Notes under the pieces: generated by a model
Told to the model about the DNA's origin: nothing
Database searches by the model: none
What the model saw: the letters and a program-made list of their open reading frames with translations, nothing else
Program-made: the position numbers and the translations under genes
Part shown: in pieces, positions 1 to 12,493 of the stretch
How positions within the stretch are numbered: the stretch's first letter is position 1
How the letters are laid out: every line of letters starts with the position of its first letter
From: Octopus vulgaris
Lineage: Eukaryota
Assembly: GCA_951406725.2 (NCBI GenBank)
Contig: OX597822.1
Location: forward strand, 86,552,001 to 86,616,000
Direction of reading: 5' to 3'
Length of the DNA: 64,000 nucleotides

Positions 1-210
1 GTAGTTCCAGAGAACTTTGATGCAGTAATAGAAATTGTCAACCACCACCTTACCTATGAAACTATTTTCAGAACTGAGATGAGTAGAAATATGATATTCT
101 GGCATGCTCTGTGTAGCTCTCCACAGGTCAGGAGGATGTTGCTAACAATGACAATGATGTTGTTGTTATTGTTATTCTCTTTTTCTTTAAACTGAACTGT
201 TGTTTTCTAG

Positions 211-358
211 GTACTTGAAGAACTTGGTGTATTAAATAATATAAAACGCCTAGCTGGTGCAAGTGCTGGGGCAATGGTTGCTGCATTAATCAGTGTTGGC
301 GTTTCAAGTGATGAGCTCTTGGACTACTTAGGTCAAGACATTGGCAAGTTGATGCTTG
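211..358 (+). CDS. Patatin-like phospholipase with EF-hand insertion, first exon in window (catalytic GxSxG exon)
   Basis: Acceptor ttttctag|, donor |gtaagt. Translates VLEELGVLNNIKRLAGASAGAMVAALISVGVSSDELLDYLGQDIGKLML; GASAG is the patatin nucleophile elbow. Phase 0 to 1, compatible with the next exon. Confidence 0.9.
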
Positions 359-2102
359 GTAAGTACTACTATAACATTTTAGCAGAATGTGCGGCCATCA
401 TATTCATAATAGGGATATTGATATACTACTGTTGAGGGGTCTTATCTTGTGGTTACTTGGTGACCCCATTGGTGTTGGTGCCATGTAAGTGGTTTGTTAA
501 GTGGTTGGCACTAGAAAGGGCCAAAACAAACATAGAACCTGTCCAACCCCTGCCATCATAGAAAAAGGGATGTTAAATAATTATGATCATTTGATGGAAG
601 ATGCAGCTATCACATGATAATATAGATATTAATATTGTACTGTAATTACTTGGAGAGGGTGTGGCTTTCACATATTAGGGATATCAATATAATACTTTTA
701 TGGAAGGTGAAGATACTTTATCAAAGTAATGCTATTTGTGTTTGTATCAAACCTTGGTTTTATGAAAGTCTTGATATCACAAGCTAGTGATGGTCGTATT
801 TGTATGTAGTTTTACGGAGTATTAGGATTTCACAGCATCTTTTTTGGTACAACTCTTCATATCAGTTACACAACAAGCCCACAACTTCAAGTTTCCAATT
901 CACTTGAAGCTATGATTCAGTGGTAAAGCTTATTGCATAAAACACAAGGGAAAAGTCAGTCATTATCAATAACTGAGAACTAAGATATTATCTGGGATGT
1001 AAAGGATGTCTTCATTCAGTGCTTTGCATGCAAACTCTCTACCAGCCACTCATCAACCAAATTGAATCTGTAGAATCTTGCTGACAAAGCTAAATCACAC
1101 GCTGCTTCCCCTCTTCTGCCTCTATCTTGCACAGTCCTCAAGTATGAAAGTACCTTCAATTACTCAAATTTGATGAGGCAACTGGTTAGCAGTTTCTTAC
1201 AAACAGTTGACCTCCAAAGCCAGCTTCTGTCCTCACCAAATATTTGTCTTTTTAATGAGATTTATTTTAATTTATTGAAACACATAATTATATCTCATTC
1301 CTAAAAAGGGCAAACTCTTCAACCTACCAACTCCCAATATGTCATAGTCACTTGTAGCATCTCAAAGCCGATGGAAATCATTATAACAAGCAATCTCCTT
1401 TAGTCAACCTCATCTCAGTATGTTTGTGACTATGAACAAGACTGATTTTCACAATTATATATAGTCATTAGAGTAGTTATGTTTATTTTGCTTTCTGATC
1501 CAATTCTTTCATAATCTACTGCTGCCTCTGCACAGAGGAATGAGGTTGGGTTTTCTGTAATGTCACATGACACAGGTAACCAATCAAATGCTTAGCAGTT
1601 ACCTGAAAATATGAGCTGTAGCTCTTCTACTTCTATATTAAGTCTTTAGATATAGGTGCCGTTTTAAAAATATAGTTAGAGACTTGTTGAGGAAGATATG
1701 ACTGCTACATTTAAATGAAAGCAACTATGTTCCCTGTATGCATATAATGTAATAGTTATGGTTCAGAGGCTAGGATGCTGGATTAGAAGACATTTGATTC
1801 TAACTCTTATATTTCTAAGTTCAATTCCTACTGAGACTAAATTATAATTTTAATGCTACTTTGTTCAATAAAAAAGGTACCAGTTATATATTAGGATAAT
1901 GTAAATTATTTACTACACTTTACCACTTTTTATGAAAATGAGCATACGCCAAACAAAGAATCTACAACAAATATGTTTGATGATTAAATTTCTAGAGAAG
2001 TTTATTTTCACATTTGTCGCTTGGAGCAGTTGAAGATGTATATATCTTGTTACCAAAACTATAATCAACTGTCACATTGTTGCTTTAATTTTTTTCTTGT
2101 AG

Positions 2103-2239
2103 ATCATGAATGGGGATATTTAAGCCTTTTACCAAACCTAATCAAGAACTTTGGCTGGAATCATGGCAAAAGAATTGAAGAATGGTTTAAAAAAGTACTT
2201 GAAAAAAAAACTGGCAATGCAGATGTTACTTTCTGGGAG
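2103..2239 (+). CDS. Patatin-like phospholipase exon 2 (in window)
   Basis: ttcttgtag| ... |gtgagt; (D)HEWGYLSLLPNLIKNFGWNHGKRIEEWFKKVLEKKTGNADVTFWE; the FGW..G and D(V/I)TF motifs resemble bacterial-type patatins. Phase 1 to 0. Confidence 0.9.
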
Positions 2240-3159
2240 GTGAGTGTTTTCTAACTTTCTGGTTGATTATTAGTACAGAAATAGATATCATTAGCCAATC
2301 GTTGTCATCAGTGTCATCACTAGCTGCCAGTGTTGTAGTTGTCATAACTTTTATTGTCATCAATGCAATTACTTTCCATGTATCATGATCTTGTACCATA
2401 TCATCTGTGAGATCTAGTCACTGTTATTTCATCTGTGAGATATCAATATTTCTTTTCAAGTTTTCTTAGTCAACTTCTGTTCCTAATAAATTCACCATTA
2501 AACTTTAATCTATTTTACACTACTCACATTACATGTCCATGTTTGGATTTTCTGTGAAGATAGTTAAATGTCTAAGAACAATCTACTTTCACAGGAACTA
2601 AGACAACATACTGTTTTGAGTTGAACTTGATTTACCAACCAATATTCTATCTGTGACCATTCCATCTTTATTGTAAGTTCTCATCATTCTATGATTTACT
2701 ATTTAAACCCTATAGTTTCTGTTCTAAAGTTTCCTGAACTAAGTGACAACACAGAGGCAAATAGAAATGAGACTATAAATGAGTCTTAATTAGCTCATTA
2801 ATGCAAATTAGTAAGTTAGTTTCTTTTACAGTTAGATAAATTAAAGTAGAACATCATTTTGTCAACATATGTCAGTGACATTATCCAATATTTCTAAATA
2901 GAGAGGGAGATGTGAAATACATCGAAATAGTAAAAAAGAAATGTATCTGGAATACATCCTGGATAAACTGCCTTCATACTCTTCACTCATTAATGTTACT
3001 TAATAATCTCTTCTTTCAGTGGACTGAACTGATTGATAAAGATATTTAAAGCTTTCCTGATGACAATTAAGAATATAAAACATATAACCAATATATAAAC
3101 ATCTTTTGTTGATTTTGAATTTTTATATTAAATGTTTTGTATTTTAATGATTTTTATAA

Positions 3160-3345
3160 AGGTGATAAGCTGGTAGAATCATTAGCATTCCAAGTAAAAT
3201 GCTTGGCAGTATTTCGTCCGTTTTTATGTTTTAATTTCAAATTCTGCTGATGTCAACTTCAGCTTTCATCCTTTTTGGGTCAATAAAATAAATGCCAGTT
3301 GAGTAATGTAATCGAATTGCTGGTCTTGTGCCAGAATTTGAAACC
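3160..3345 (+). mobile_element. SINE (degenerate tRNA head + conserved core)
   Basis: ggtgataagctggtagaatcattagc...ttcaaattctgctgatgtcaacttcagctttcatcc...aataaaataaatgccagttgag; related copies at about 1770-1890 (+), 30050-30220 (-), 37000-37170 (-) and 62330-62525 (-). Confidence 0.65.
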
Positions 3346-3604
3346 AATTTTTGATTTATAGGACAAGAAGATATCAGGTTTGAATCACTTTTATTTCATG
3401 TCCAAAATCAATTTTACTTGACATTCCTTTAAGATTACTAAAATATACTGGAATTATATACTGTTGTTGGTTTGGAAGGAAAAAATTAGTAAAATTCTAA
3501 TAAAATAATTTCAAATAGTAAATACATATTCAATGTTTTTTTTTCTTTTTAATCAAGTTTCATGCCAAACTCAAATGTTGATTTCATTTCTTCTCTTCTC
3601 CAAG

Positions 3605-3839
3605 ATCTACAAACATCATAAGCGAGAATTATGCGTGGTTGTGACTAATGTTAACCACATGGCTGTTGAATATTGCCACCCAAAGACAACTCCAAATATG
3701 CCTGTATGCCTTGCTGTGCGTATGTCAATGTCCATCCCTGTAATCTTTCGTCCATCAAAGTATTCTGCCAATAATGGAACAATGAAACATTATGTTGATG
3801 GAGGACTTCTGTGCAATTATCCAATCCATTGTTTTGATG
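3605..3839 (+). CDS. Patatin-like phospholipase exon 3 (catalytic DGG exon)
   Basis: ttctccaag| ... |gtaagt; IYKHHKRELCVVVTNVNHMAVEYCHPKTTPNMPVCLAVRMSMSIPVIFRP...YVDGGLLCNYPIHCFD; contains the AVRMSMSIP and DGG..NYP patatin motifs. Phase 0 to 1. Confidence 0.93.
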
Positions 3840-4229
3840 GTAAGTTTCATATTTCAATATGTTGGTCAAAATCACTCTCAAGTTCTCCTGTCATACATCA
3901 CATTGCTATTCTTTTCTTGCAATTTGTGTCCTGACCGTTTGTCTGGACAAACTAATCCTTGTAACTCTCCCTACGGATTCAGTTAAAAGCACAGTTTCGA
4001 AATGCGTTCATTTGGACTTCATTAAACTTCTACTTCTTCAGCTGACCTGTACACAGAGCCACCATGGTATTGAGAGCAGTTACTATTGTATGCAGAAGAT
4101 CCATGTAACTGAAAGCAGCTATATTGATAAGCATATAGTTAAGTGTGTAAACTAGTTTATGTAGTGAACCAAAAGAATTTTTACTCAATTAATATTATAC
4201 ATAGATATTGTATTATACACATATGTGAG

Positions 4230-4575
4230 TTGAAGCTGTTTGATAAGAGGAAGACTAAGGATTTGATGGGAATGCTGAGGTTGGAGGAATCGATGAAATG
4301 GTTGGTAAGGGCAAATGGAGTGAGGTGGTATGAGCATGTCTTGAGGAGGGATGAAGAGCATGTTCTGTGGAGGGTGATTGCGTTTGAGGTAAATGGAGTG
4401 TGAAAGCGAGGTAGACTGAGGAACAGGTGGAAGAGGAGATTGGGAGGGTTGGTTTGAAGAAGGAGGATGCCCAAAACCAGGTGAGATGGTGTGAGGATGG
4501 TTGCTATGGCAATGAGGTAGATCTGGCCACTCCCGTTAAAAGGGACAAAGCCCGAATTTAAAACACTTGATGATG
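4230..4575 (+). mobile_element. RTE-like LINE 3' fragment
   Basis: Degenerate 'LxxxxxxxxVRWYEHVLRR.......RGR...W' C-terminus of an RTE-type ORF2. Confidence 0.55.
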
Positions 4576-5017
4576 TATGTATGTATTATACACATATTCA
4601 CAATTCTTGTTAATAACACTTAATAAAAAAGCTGGAACTTCAAATTGAGGTTCATTAAAAATTAAATGGTGGTATGTAGAGGGTAAGTATAATGACAATC
4701 CAGGGTATATTTCAGTTTTAATGTGTCTCCTCAGTAACGCTTAATCTAACACAACAAGCTCACAAAATGACTTTTGGAGTATGTAGTTTTGGTGTGAAAA
4801 TAATTCACTGATCAAGCAATTTGAAATAATGATAATAGAAACTTCTCCACCCAAATATAGCAAGTACAGGCTACTGTACCGGAGGTGGTGAGTCAATAAG
4901 AAATTTTTCACCAGTTCACATGAATTCATCACAAAAGTCTGAGAAAATAGCTTAGAAATATCAGTAAGAGAATTTTTAGAATAAACAGAGAAACATGCAG
5001 CAACAGTATTATAGAGT

Positions 5018-5225
5018 AAAGTTTATTTGCCAATGTAAAGTGGTAGTCCTGGTTAGGACCAATGTTACTGCTTTGAGCTGAGTGGGGACACTAGTTCCCT
5101 TGTCTGAAAATATAAGGATGCAGTTAGTGCATTGATAGCCAGCTGGAGATGATGTTTTCCTGGGGCTAAATAACAGTAACATTGGTCCTGATCAGGACTG
5201 CCACTTTATGTTGGGAAATAAATTT
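5018..5225. mobile_element. MITE/foldback element with ~55-bp terminal inverted repeats
   Basis: aaagtttatttgccaatgtaaagtggtagtcctggttaggaccaatgttactg pairs with cagtaacattggtcctgatcaggactgccactttatgttgggaaataaattt. Confidence 0.7.
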
Positions 5226-5228
5226 ATT

Positions 5229-5581
5229 TTTTACTTGTTTCAGTCATTTGATTGTGGCCATGCTGGGGCACTGCCTGGAAGGGTTTTGAGTTGAATGTAT
5301 TGACCCCCCTCCACAGTATTTATTTTTGTAAGCCTAGTACTCATTATATCAATTTCTTTTGCCAAACTGCTAAGTTACAGGGATGTAAACACACACTGGT
5401 TGTCAAGCAGTGTTGGGTATGGTGGGAGGACAAAGACACACACATGTATATATTTACACGTTCTCAGAATTCACTCACAAGGCTTTGGTCGGCCTGAAGC
5501 TATAAAAGACACTTGCCCAAGGTGCCACACAGTGGGACTGAATCCTGAACCATGTGGTTAGGAAGCAAGCTTCTTACCACT
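5229..5581 (-). mobile_element. tRNA-derived SINE (same family as 8825-9228)
   Basis: Reverse complement of gtggtaagaagcttgcttcctaaccacatggttc...ccttgggcaagtgtc...gactgaaacaagtaaaa. Confidence 0.8.
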
Positions 5582-6496
5582 GAAAAGTGTTATAATGAAG
5601 CTTTAAGTAGAAGTGGCTTCGCTGATAAGATTTAATACATAACTAGACAAAGTACTTCTAATGTTAAAAATCCCAGAAGATGGAAGGTTATATGTTTCAA
5701 TCCATCTTTCAGTTTAGATGTTAGTTCTAATATTGCCTGGTCCTTTCTAAACTTAATTAAGGAGCAACTCCCTAATAATAATAACAAGTTCTACAAGATT
5801 TTTAATAAGAATTACATTAAAGTCAGTTACAGCTATGTAGATAATTAATAGGAAATATTTAACATACTCAATTAGCACATGATTCTTTAACTCAATGGTT
5901 GCTTCGCAGCATCATGTGCCATCTATACTATAAATGCCTTTGAAAGAGTGTTGTTAATTCTGCTGAACTCTACATTAGTAACAGCAAGCATACAAAATGA
6001 TATAAAGGCCTCACAGGGAATACACTTAAATTCAGATATAACCAACATATCTATTCATTAGGACATGAAGATAAAATAGGAAAAATTACACACTCCAAGC
6101 ATATCTGGAGTTTGAAATATAAAGTTATCTTAAACTACAATGTTAACTGGTCAATAATTGACACTGCATCTGTTGATATCATTGGCTTCAAATATTGTCT
6201 TTGTTTATCTGAGAAGTTAAACCTTCTACAACAACTGCTACATGTTTTAAATTCAAAATTAAAATTGATTTCTTCAGGCTCACATCAAAGAAAATTTATC
6301 TTATGAACCATTACATTACCTGTTGGCTAATGAGCTTCATGCCGTTAAGAACTTTGGAGTTTGTCATATTTTGGTCTACAGCCCTGGATTTATTACTTTT
6401 GCTCATTTCTCTTACACTTTTTTGCACCTTTCATTACTGTTATTTTGCAATTTCATCTCTTTGCCTTCGGTCCTCTGCTTTTGCTTTATTTTACTT

Positions 6497-6930
6497 ACTG
6501 GCCTTTATATGATCCCCTGCTCTCCTTTTATCTCACTCACTGGCCTCAATATACATGCCCATTGGCCCCCCTGCTCTCCCTTTATCTCACTCACTGGCCT
6601 CTATATACATGCCCATTGGCCCCCTGCTCTCCCTTTATCTCACTCACTGGCCTCTATATACATGCCCATTGGTCCCCTGCTCTCCTTTTATTTCACTCAC
6701 TGGCCTCTATATACATGCCCATTGGTCCTCTGCTCTCCCTTTATCTCACTCACTGGCCTCTATATACATGCCCATTGGTCCCCTGCTCTCCCTTTATCTC
6801 ACTCACTGGCTTCTATATACATGCCCATTGGTCCCCTGCTCTCCTTTTATTTCACTCACTGGCCTCTATATACATGCCCATTGGTCCTCTGCTCTCCCTT
6901 TATCTCACTCACTGGCCTCTATATACATGT
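6497..6930. repeat. 53-bp minisatellite, about 8 copies
   Basis: Unit ccctgctctccctttatctcactcactggcctctatatacatgcccattggtc repeated in tandem; it produces the overlapping ORFs at 6323, 6361 and 6555. Confidence 0.92.
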
Positions 6931-7229
6931 GCCTTGCATTCACCTTATTAATATTGTATTGATAGGTTACTCTCTTGCATTGAATTTTGCAGACCAATTC
7001 TCACACTGTAATTGCACTTTTTATCCCCACATGTATTTTCTCACCTTCTTCATCCATATTGTATATTTATATATTGTATTTTCTGTGTACACTTTCATCT
7101 CTCTGTGTAATACCTCCCAGTGTGTGTCTTACTTTTATCTAGTTGCAGTAACATGTGATTTATGTATTTGTGTAATCCTAACCCCATGCTTTCTGAATGT
7201 CTTATGTGTGCTAGAAAATCGCTGTTTAT

Positions 7230-7486
7230 ATACCACACACACACACACACCTATGCAGGTATACACATGCATGCACGCATGTATATGTGTGTATTTGTTT
7301 ACCTCAGTGTATAGTCATTCATTAGTGTTTGCGTGTGTGTGTGTGTGTGTGTCTACAATATGTATGCGTTTCTGTTTTGGTGTGTGTTTGTTGATTTATA
7401 TACACATACTCACACAAACATATACTCTTTCTCTCTCATATATATATATACACACACACAAAAACATACGCTTTCTCTCTCTCTTT

Positions 7487-7518
<32 letters not shown>

Positions 7519-7536
7519 TGGATATGTATATGTGTG

Positions 7537-7569
<33 letters not shown>

Positions 7570-7700
7570 GTGTATATATATATGTGTGTATATATATGTA
7601 CATGGATATATATAGTATGCATATGCTATGTATAGGCTGTTGTTGCGTGTGAAAAGCGAATGGGTAGGTTGTTGGGTGTATGTGTGTGTGTATGTGTATG
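7230..7700. repeat. Compound (CA)n/(TG)n/(TA)n microsatellite
   Basis: Visible dinucleotide runs. Confidence 0.9.
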
Positions 7701-8145
7701 CAATGTTTATGCATACTAATTAATGTATGTATGACTGGGTGTAGAGGTAGTGTTGATTGTGTGTGTATTACTGTGGTGTGGGCCCCAGGTTAGACTTGCT
7801 TCATAAACAGTCCTATGGTACCGTGTACTGTTTCCTTTTCTCTCTCCTCCTCTAGTTCTACACTAGCCTCTGCTCCCTGAATGAGCTACCTGCACCATCT
7901 TCCTTCCTCTCAGAATCACGAAGCTTCAATGGTTTTTATGTCCCATTTATGGTGCTGTTCGAGTTGGAGATACTGCATCTGTTGTTGTCCTTTATTCTTC
8001 ATCCTTTGTCCTCGCCAAACTTTCATCTGAAGATAAGTTCTCTGTGGGGTGTGTTAATTGCTATCTAAATTATATTAGTTGTAGTATTTTACCAGATGGC
8101 GCAGCTGACACATCAATCTGAAGTCTGGTTTTATAAGCTCATTGT

Positions 8146-8525
8146 GGAGGCGCAATGGCCCAGTGGTTAGGGCAGTGGATTCGCGGTCATGGGATCGTGG
8201 TTTTGATTCCCAGACCGGGCGTTGTGAGTGTTTATTGAGCGAAAACACCTAAAGCTCCATGACACTCCGGCAGGGGATGGTGGTGATCCCTGCTGTACTC
8301 TTTCACCACAACTTTCTCTCATTCTTACTTCCTGTTTCTGTTGTAACTGTATTTCAAAGGGCCAGCCTTGTCACTCTCTGTGTCACACTGAGTATCCCTG
8401 AGACCTGCGTTAAGGGTACACGTGTCTGTAGAGTGCTCAGCCACTTACACGTTAATTTCACGAGCAGGCTGTTCCGTTGATCGGATCAACCAGAACCCTC
8501 ATCATCGTAACCGACGGAGTGCTTC
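8146..8525 (+). mobile_element. tRNA-derived SINE (second family)
   Basis: Head ggaggcgcaatggcccagtggttagggcagtggattcgcgg...ggttttgattccc has Pol III A/B-box-like motifs, followed by a ~300-bp body. Confidence 0.75.
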
Positions 8526-8704
8526 CCAGTCATTCATTTTATGCTCATGTTTCTGTGCTGGTACAGTTGGACATGTACTTATTTGAAGCAATATTTTTGT
8601 TGTTTCAGTTGCCAGCCTTCATCACTTTTTCACTAAACTTTGGAAAACAGAGCTACAGGATTTAATGTTCACTGAGAATTGTACTGCTGTATTTACTCCA
8701 TATA

Positions 8705-9316
8705 CAGTTATCCCCTCCCGTACCATGGTTTATTATTTAAGCTTATATCAATTCCTCCATGGTGTTGTTTTGCATTTGTAATGAAATGAATATAAACAAA
8801 TTATAAAAATAATAATAATAAATAGGTGCAGGAGTGGCTGTGTGGTAAGTAGCTTGTTTACCAACCACATGGTTCCGGGTTCAGTCCCACTGCGTGGCAC
8901 CTTGGGCAAGTGTCTTCTACTATAGCCTCGGGCTGACCAAAGCCTTGTGAGTGGATTTGGTAGACGGAAACTGAAAGAAGCCCGTCATATATATGTACAT
9001 ATATATATATGTGCGTGTGTGTGTGTTTGTGTGTCTATGTTTGTCCCCCTAGCATTGCTTGACAACCGATGCTGGTGTGTTTATGTCCCCGTCACTTAGC
9101 GGTTCGGCAAAAGAGACCGATAGAATAAGTACTGGGCTTACAAAAGAATAAGTCCCGGGGTCGAGTTGCTCGATTAGAGGCGGTGCTCCAGCATGGTCGC
9201 AGTCAAATGACTGAAACAAGTAGAAGAGTATACATTATTGGTTTCTACTTCGTGGATTTTTGCTTATCGTGGGGTGTTTTTGGAATGTATCACCTGCGAT
9301 TGTCGAGGGATTACTG
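8705..9316. mobile_element. Tigger/pogo-like MITE interrupted by a SINE
   Basis: TA|cagttatcccctcccg ... tcgagggattactg|TA: imperfect TIRs with TA target duplication; a SINE is nested inside. Confidence 0.6.
8825..9228 (+). mobile_element. tRNA-derived SINE, well-preserved copy
   Basis: ggtgcaggagtggctgtgtggtaagtagcttg...ggttcagtccc (A/B box-like), ccttgggcaagtgtc core, internal TA/TG microsatellite, tail gactgaaacaagtagaagag. Other copies at 5229, 32830, 37222 and 43260. Confidence 0.85.
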
Positions 9317-9357
9317 TAATATAAATTCTTTGTTTAAAAGTTAATTTTCTTTTCCAG

Positions 9358-9488
9358 GTTGGTGGCTTTCAATGGCACCAGAAGATAATTTCATTAGTCG
9401 ACTTCGTCCTCTTGAGCAATTGCACGAATTCTTTGACAAATCAATCAGATTTGGTACCTTTAATAAAAAGACTCTTGGATTTCTCTTG
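9358..9488 (+). CDS. Patatin-like phospholipase exon 4
   Basis: ttttccag| ... |gtatgt; GWWLSMAPEDNFISRLRPLEQLHEFFDKSIRFGTFNKKTLGFLL; N..TLG motif follows DGG. Phase 1 to 0. Confidence 0.85.
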
Positions 9489-10080
9489 GTATGTTGTTGT
9501 TATTATTATTATGTTACTGTTTTTTTTTTATTGTTGTATTTCAATGAATAAAATGCTTGTTACTTCCACTCTTCTAAAGAAATTTTATTTTTCACTTTAG
9601 TATGAATGATATATTTATTTAGCTTCTAACTAGTGAACAACTCAGCTTACAATATATGAAGGTAATTCTGTTTTGAAAAATTAATTAGTTGAAGAAGAAT
9701 TTGCATATTGGTGTCATGTTGCTAGCACTGGGCTGTACTTGCTGAAGTTGGATATATTCAGAACTAAATGGTCCCTAGATAGCATATACACCTTATTCAA
9801 TGTATGAATTGGCAAGTAATGGTCATGGTGCTACACTGGTGTAGCATGGGTGCCACACTATAAATTTTGCAGGACTGAACTGCTTGGAAAGCTGCCATAC
9901 TGCAAATGTTTCTGGTTTATGCTATCATGAAGAAAAGGACAAAGGAACCATTTATGATAATAATTGTGTGTGTGTGTGTGTGTGAACAAGTTAGGGAACA
10001 CATTCCAGTTAATATAAATTATGTACTTGTATAAACTAATCAAAGTTCTTTACTTACAAACAATGTTTTAACCTAATTAG

Positions 10081-10184
10081 TTTTCAGATGATGAACCAGA
10101 GATTATGCGGACCTATTTGGAGAACCGACTCAAAGAATACAGATGTTATAAACTCAATAAATACCCAGAAACCAAACTATCCAA
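10081..10184 (+). CDS. Patatin-like phospholipase exon 5
   Basis: ctaattag| ... |gtaagt; FSDDEPEIMRTYLENRLKEYRCYKLNKYPETKLS(K). Phase 0 to 2 matches both neighbours. Confidence 0.8.
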
Positions 10185-10679
10185 GTAAGTTCTTATTGTA
10201 CATATATAGGCACAATTGTAATACACATTGCATGTATGATTATACATATATTGGAGAGAATGTAATGAATGGTGAACAAAGATGGTCAGTGGTAAATATG
10301 ATTGAGGGTACAATGTTAAGAATGAAAGACAGCTGTCAAGGGGAAGTTGTACAGGAGAGAGAGAGAGAGAGAGATGTAGAGATTATTGGCAGCACAGAAA
10401 GGGTGTGGTCAATAGCAAATATAAGAAAGGAGGAACAAAGTTTAAAATGCGGGATAGATGTCAGCAGGAAGTATTCAGAGAAGAGAGAGTGATGACTAGC
10501 AGAACATAAAAGATAATTACATGATATGTAATTTTGCCCTCCTTTAATGAGTTGCAGAATTACACAAAAGTGATGGAGGGATGAGTGATAGGTAGATGAA
10601 AAGATGGCAAAGCAGCAATTGAAAGCTTGATAAGGATATATTGACTGAGCAATCCTGAGGTGTGCATACACATTTCTAG

Positions 10680-11020
10680 AACCTAATTTTCACTGTGCTG
10701 GCATAGATGGGCAAGTATTCTTCAGCACCACATATCATCTTCTTCATGAGGCTCAACATCCTGGGATCAGATTTCACCACTTCATCCCACACCTTCTTGG
10801 ATCCTCTTTTCTCACAGGTTCGATTCAAGTTAAGTAGTTGGCATTTCTTTATACAACTGTTTTCTTTCAAGCTCACGGAGGTGAGTTCCTTTCAGGCGTT
10901 GGGTCTCACGGAGGCAATGACTGAGACCTTTGGCATTATGTTGTGCTTAAGAAGAACCATCAAATCAAATGAAATTGTAGTCGTGGCAAATACTAGTGTC
11001 ATGCATATTTCTGTTTATAA
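10680..11020 (-). mobile_element. RTE LINE 3' fragments
   Basis: Minus strand reads ..KKCQLLNL...RG..KKVWDEVVKSD.RMLSL, the same family as 36100-36400. An adjacent + strand piece shares gaggcaatgactgagacctttgg. Confidence 0.6.
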
Positions 11021-11982
11021 GCACTCCTTCGCCAACCAATAGTGAAGTTTGTATTTTAAGGTTAACCACCAACCGGTATTTTTATCAAGACACCATTTCT
11101 AATAAGATTGTCAACCAAAACTGCAGAGCTCTTACTACCCATAAGTTGGGCCTGTTCCCTTCGCATTTCTGTGTGTTGGAGACCATGATCATGATTCTCA
11201 CTAGGAGATAGGTGAACATCAGTTGGTCCCTTATCTTCATCCAAATAATGCTTCAGAGTTAAGTTCTGATTCCCGGTTCATTTGTCTTCATCCCAGGCAT
11301 GAAGCTGTTGACACTGGCAGGTTGTCACCACTGTGATTAAGGAGTCCTATCTACCTCGGTTTTTAAATCAGTGTTCCTTCTCCTAGACTGACTGCCAACC
11401 AAGGCCCATGAGTTCTGTCTATTCGTTTTCGGAATGGCCATTGACTCTTATGAGTTCCACTGCCCTTTCCCAGGTTTTGTTTTTAATCCTGCAGAGTGTC
11501 GAAAATCCACTCTCCTCACCAAGCAAGTTTAGTGGGTTTGCCAGTTTAGTTGCCAACAACTCAATGGTTACGCAACGCCACATGTTAATCATTCTAGGTT
11601 ATTATTTACTTGTTCACTATTATAATTCCACTGTTACTACTATAATTCCTATTTTATTATTTACTTGTTCACTGCTATAGTTTCATGACTATTACTATAA
11701 GGCCTAGTGGGGTCTTCATTTGGCTCCCCTGATTTCTTAAGACAATGATGGCAGATTTATGGCTGTTAGTTTAGCTGCTGATGTTGTTACAGGACTATAC
11801 AGGAGTGCAGATGTGTTGTGTCTACTAATATGGGTTATTTGATTGGACTGGTAGTTGACAGGCCTGGTGGTGAATTGGTTTGATTTTTGAGAGGAGCAGC
11901 GATAAGTTGGACAGAGCATGGCTAAGATATAGAAATATATGAACAGCTCAGAGTTTTAGCAAACATATAGACAATTCTCTTT

Positions 11983-12170
11983 TATTATTACCTTCGCCTT
12001 AGCGAAGGTGGAGGTATTGTTTTCAGTCGTATTTGTTTGTTTGTCCATGGACAAGATATCTCAAGAACCACTGGATGGATTCAGATGAAACTTTCAGGGA
12101 TGTTTGACCTTAAGACTAGCACAAACTCATTAGATTTTAGAATCAATCCAGTACCGGACAAGGATTCTTT
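11983..12170 (+). mobile_element. Helentron-associated (HINE/DINE-1-like) element end
   Basis: ttattattaccttcgccttagcgaaggtggaggtattgttttcag...tttgtttgtttgtcc...gatatctcaagaaccactggatggattcagatgaaacttt: short hairpin, tetranucleotide-like run and core typical of HINEs. Confidence 0.55.
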
Positions 12171-12408
12171 GTACAAGAACAGCAGGATTTCCTAAGACTG
12201 TATTTCAAAAAATTCCTTCAGAATTTGATTAAACTTGAGGTAATCTCATTAAAATGAAGTATTATAGAATTGTAACAATTTGTTTTATAAATTTAGAAAT
12301 CTCATTATGTTTAATATGTTGAGCAGTATATATTTACCACTTATTCTGAATTATTGTTAAAATGCCATTGATCAAATACAGTTTAAGAACTGAGCATTCA
12401 TTTTACAG

Positions 12409-12493
12409 GAGCAGAAATCAAAACTCTAGCATGAAAATGGAAGAATGCACAAAGCATGAAAATATTTGTAGCGCTTTTGATAAATTGACGCAG
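12409..12493 (+). CDS. Patatin-like phospholipase exon 6
   Basis: ttttacag| ... |gttagt; SRNQNSSMKMEECTKHENICSAFDKLTQ. Phase 2 to 0 fits the chain. Confidence 0.75.

Noticed and set aside
6323-7615. 430-aa ORF and overlapping 196-aa and 135-aa ORFs
   Set aside because: Produced by a 53-bp minisatellite plus TA/TG microsatellites; no protein-like composition.
8146-8220. tRNA-like sequences here and at about 8825-8895
   Set aside because: They are SINE heads followed by SINE bodies, with degenerate stems; the 8825 family also has several dispersed copies in the window.
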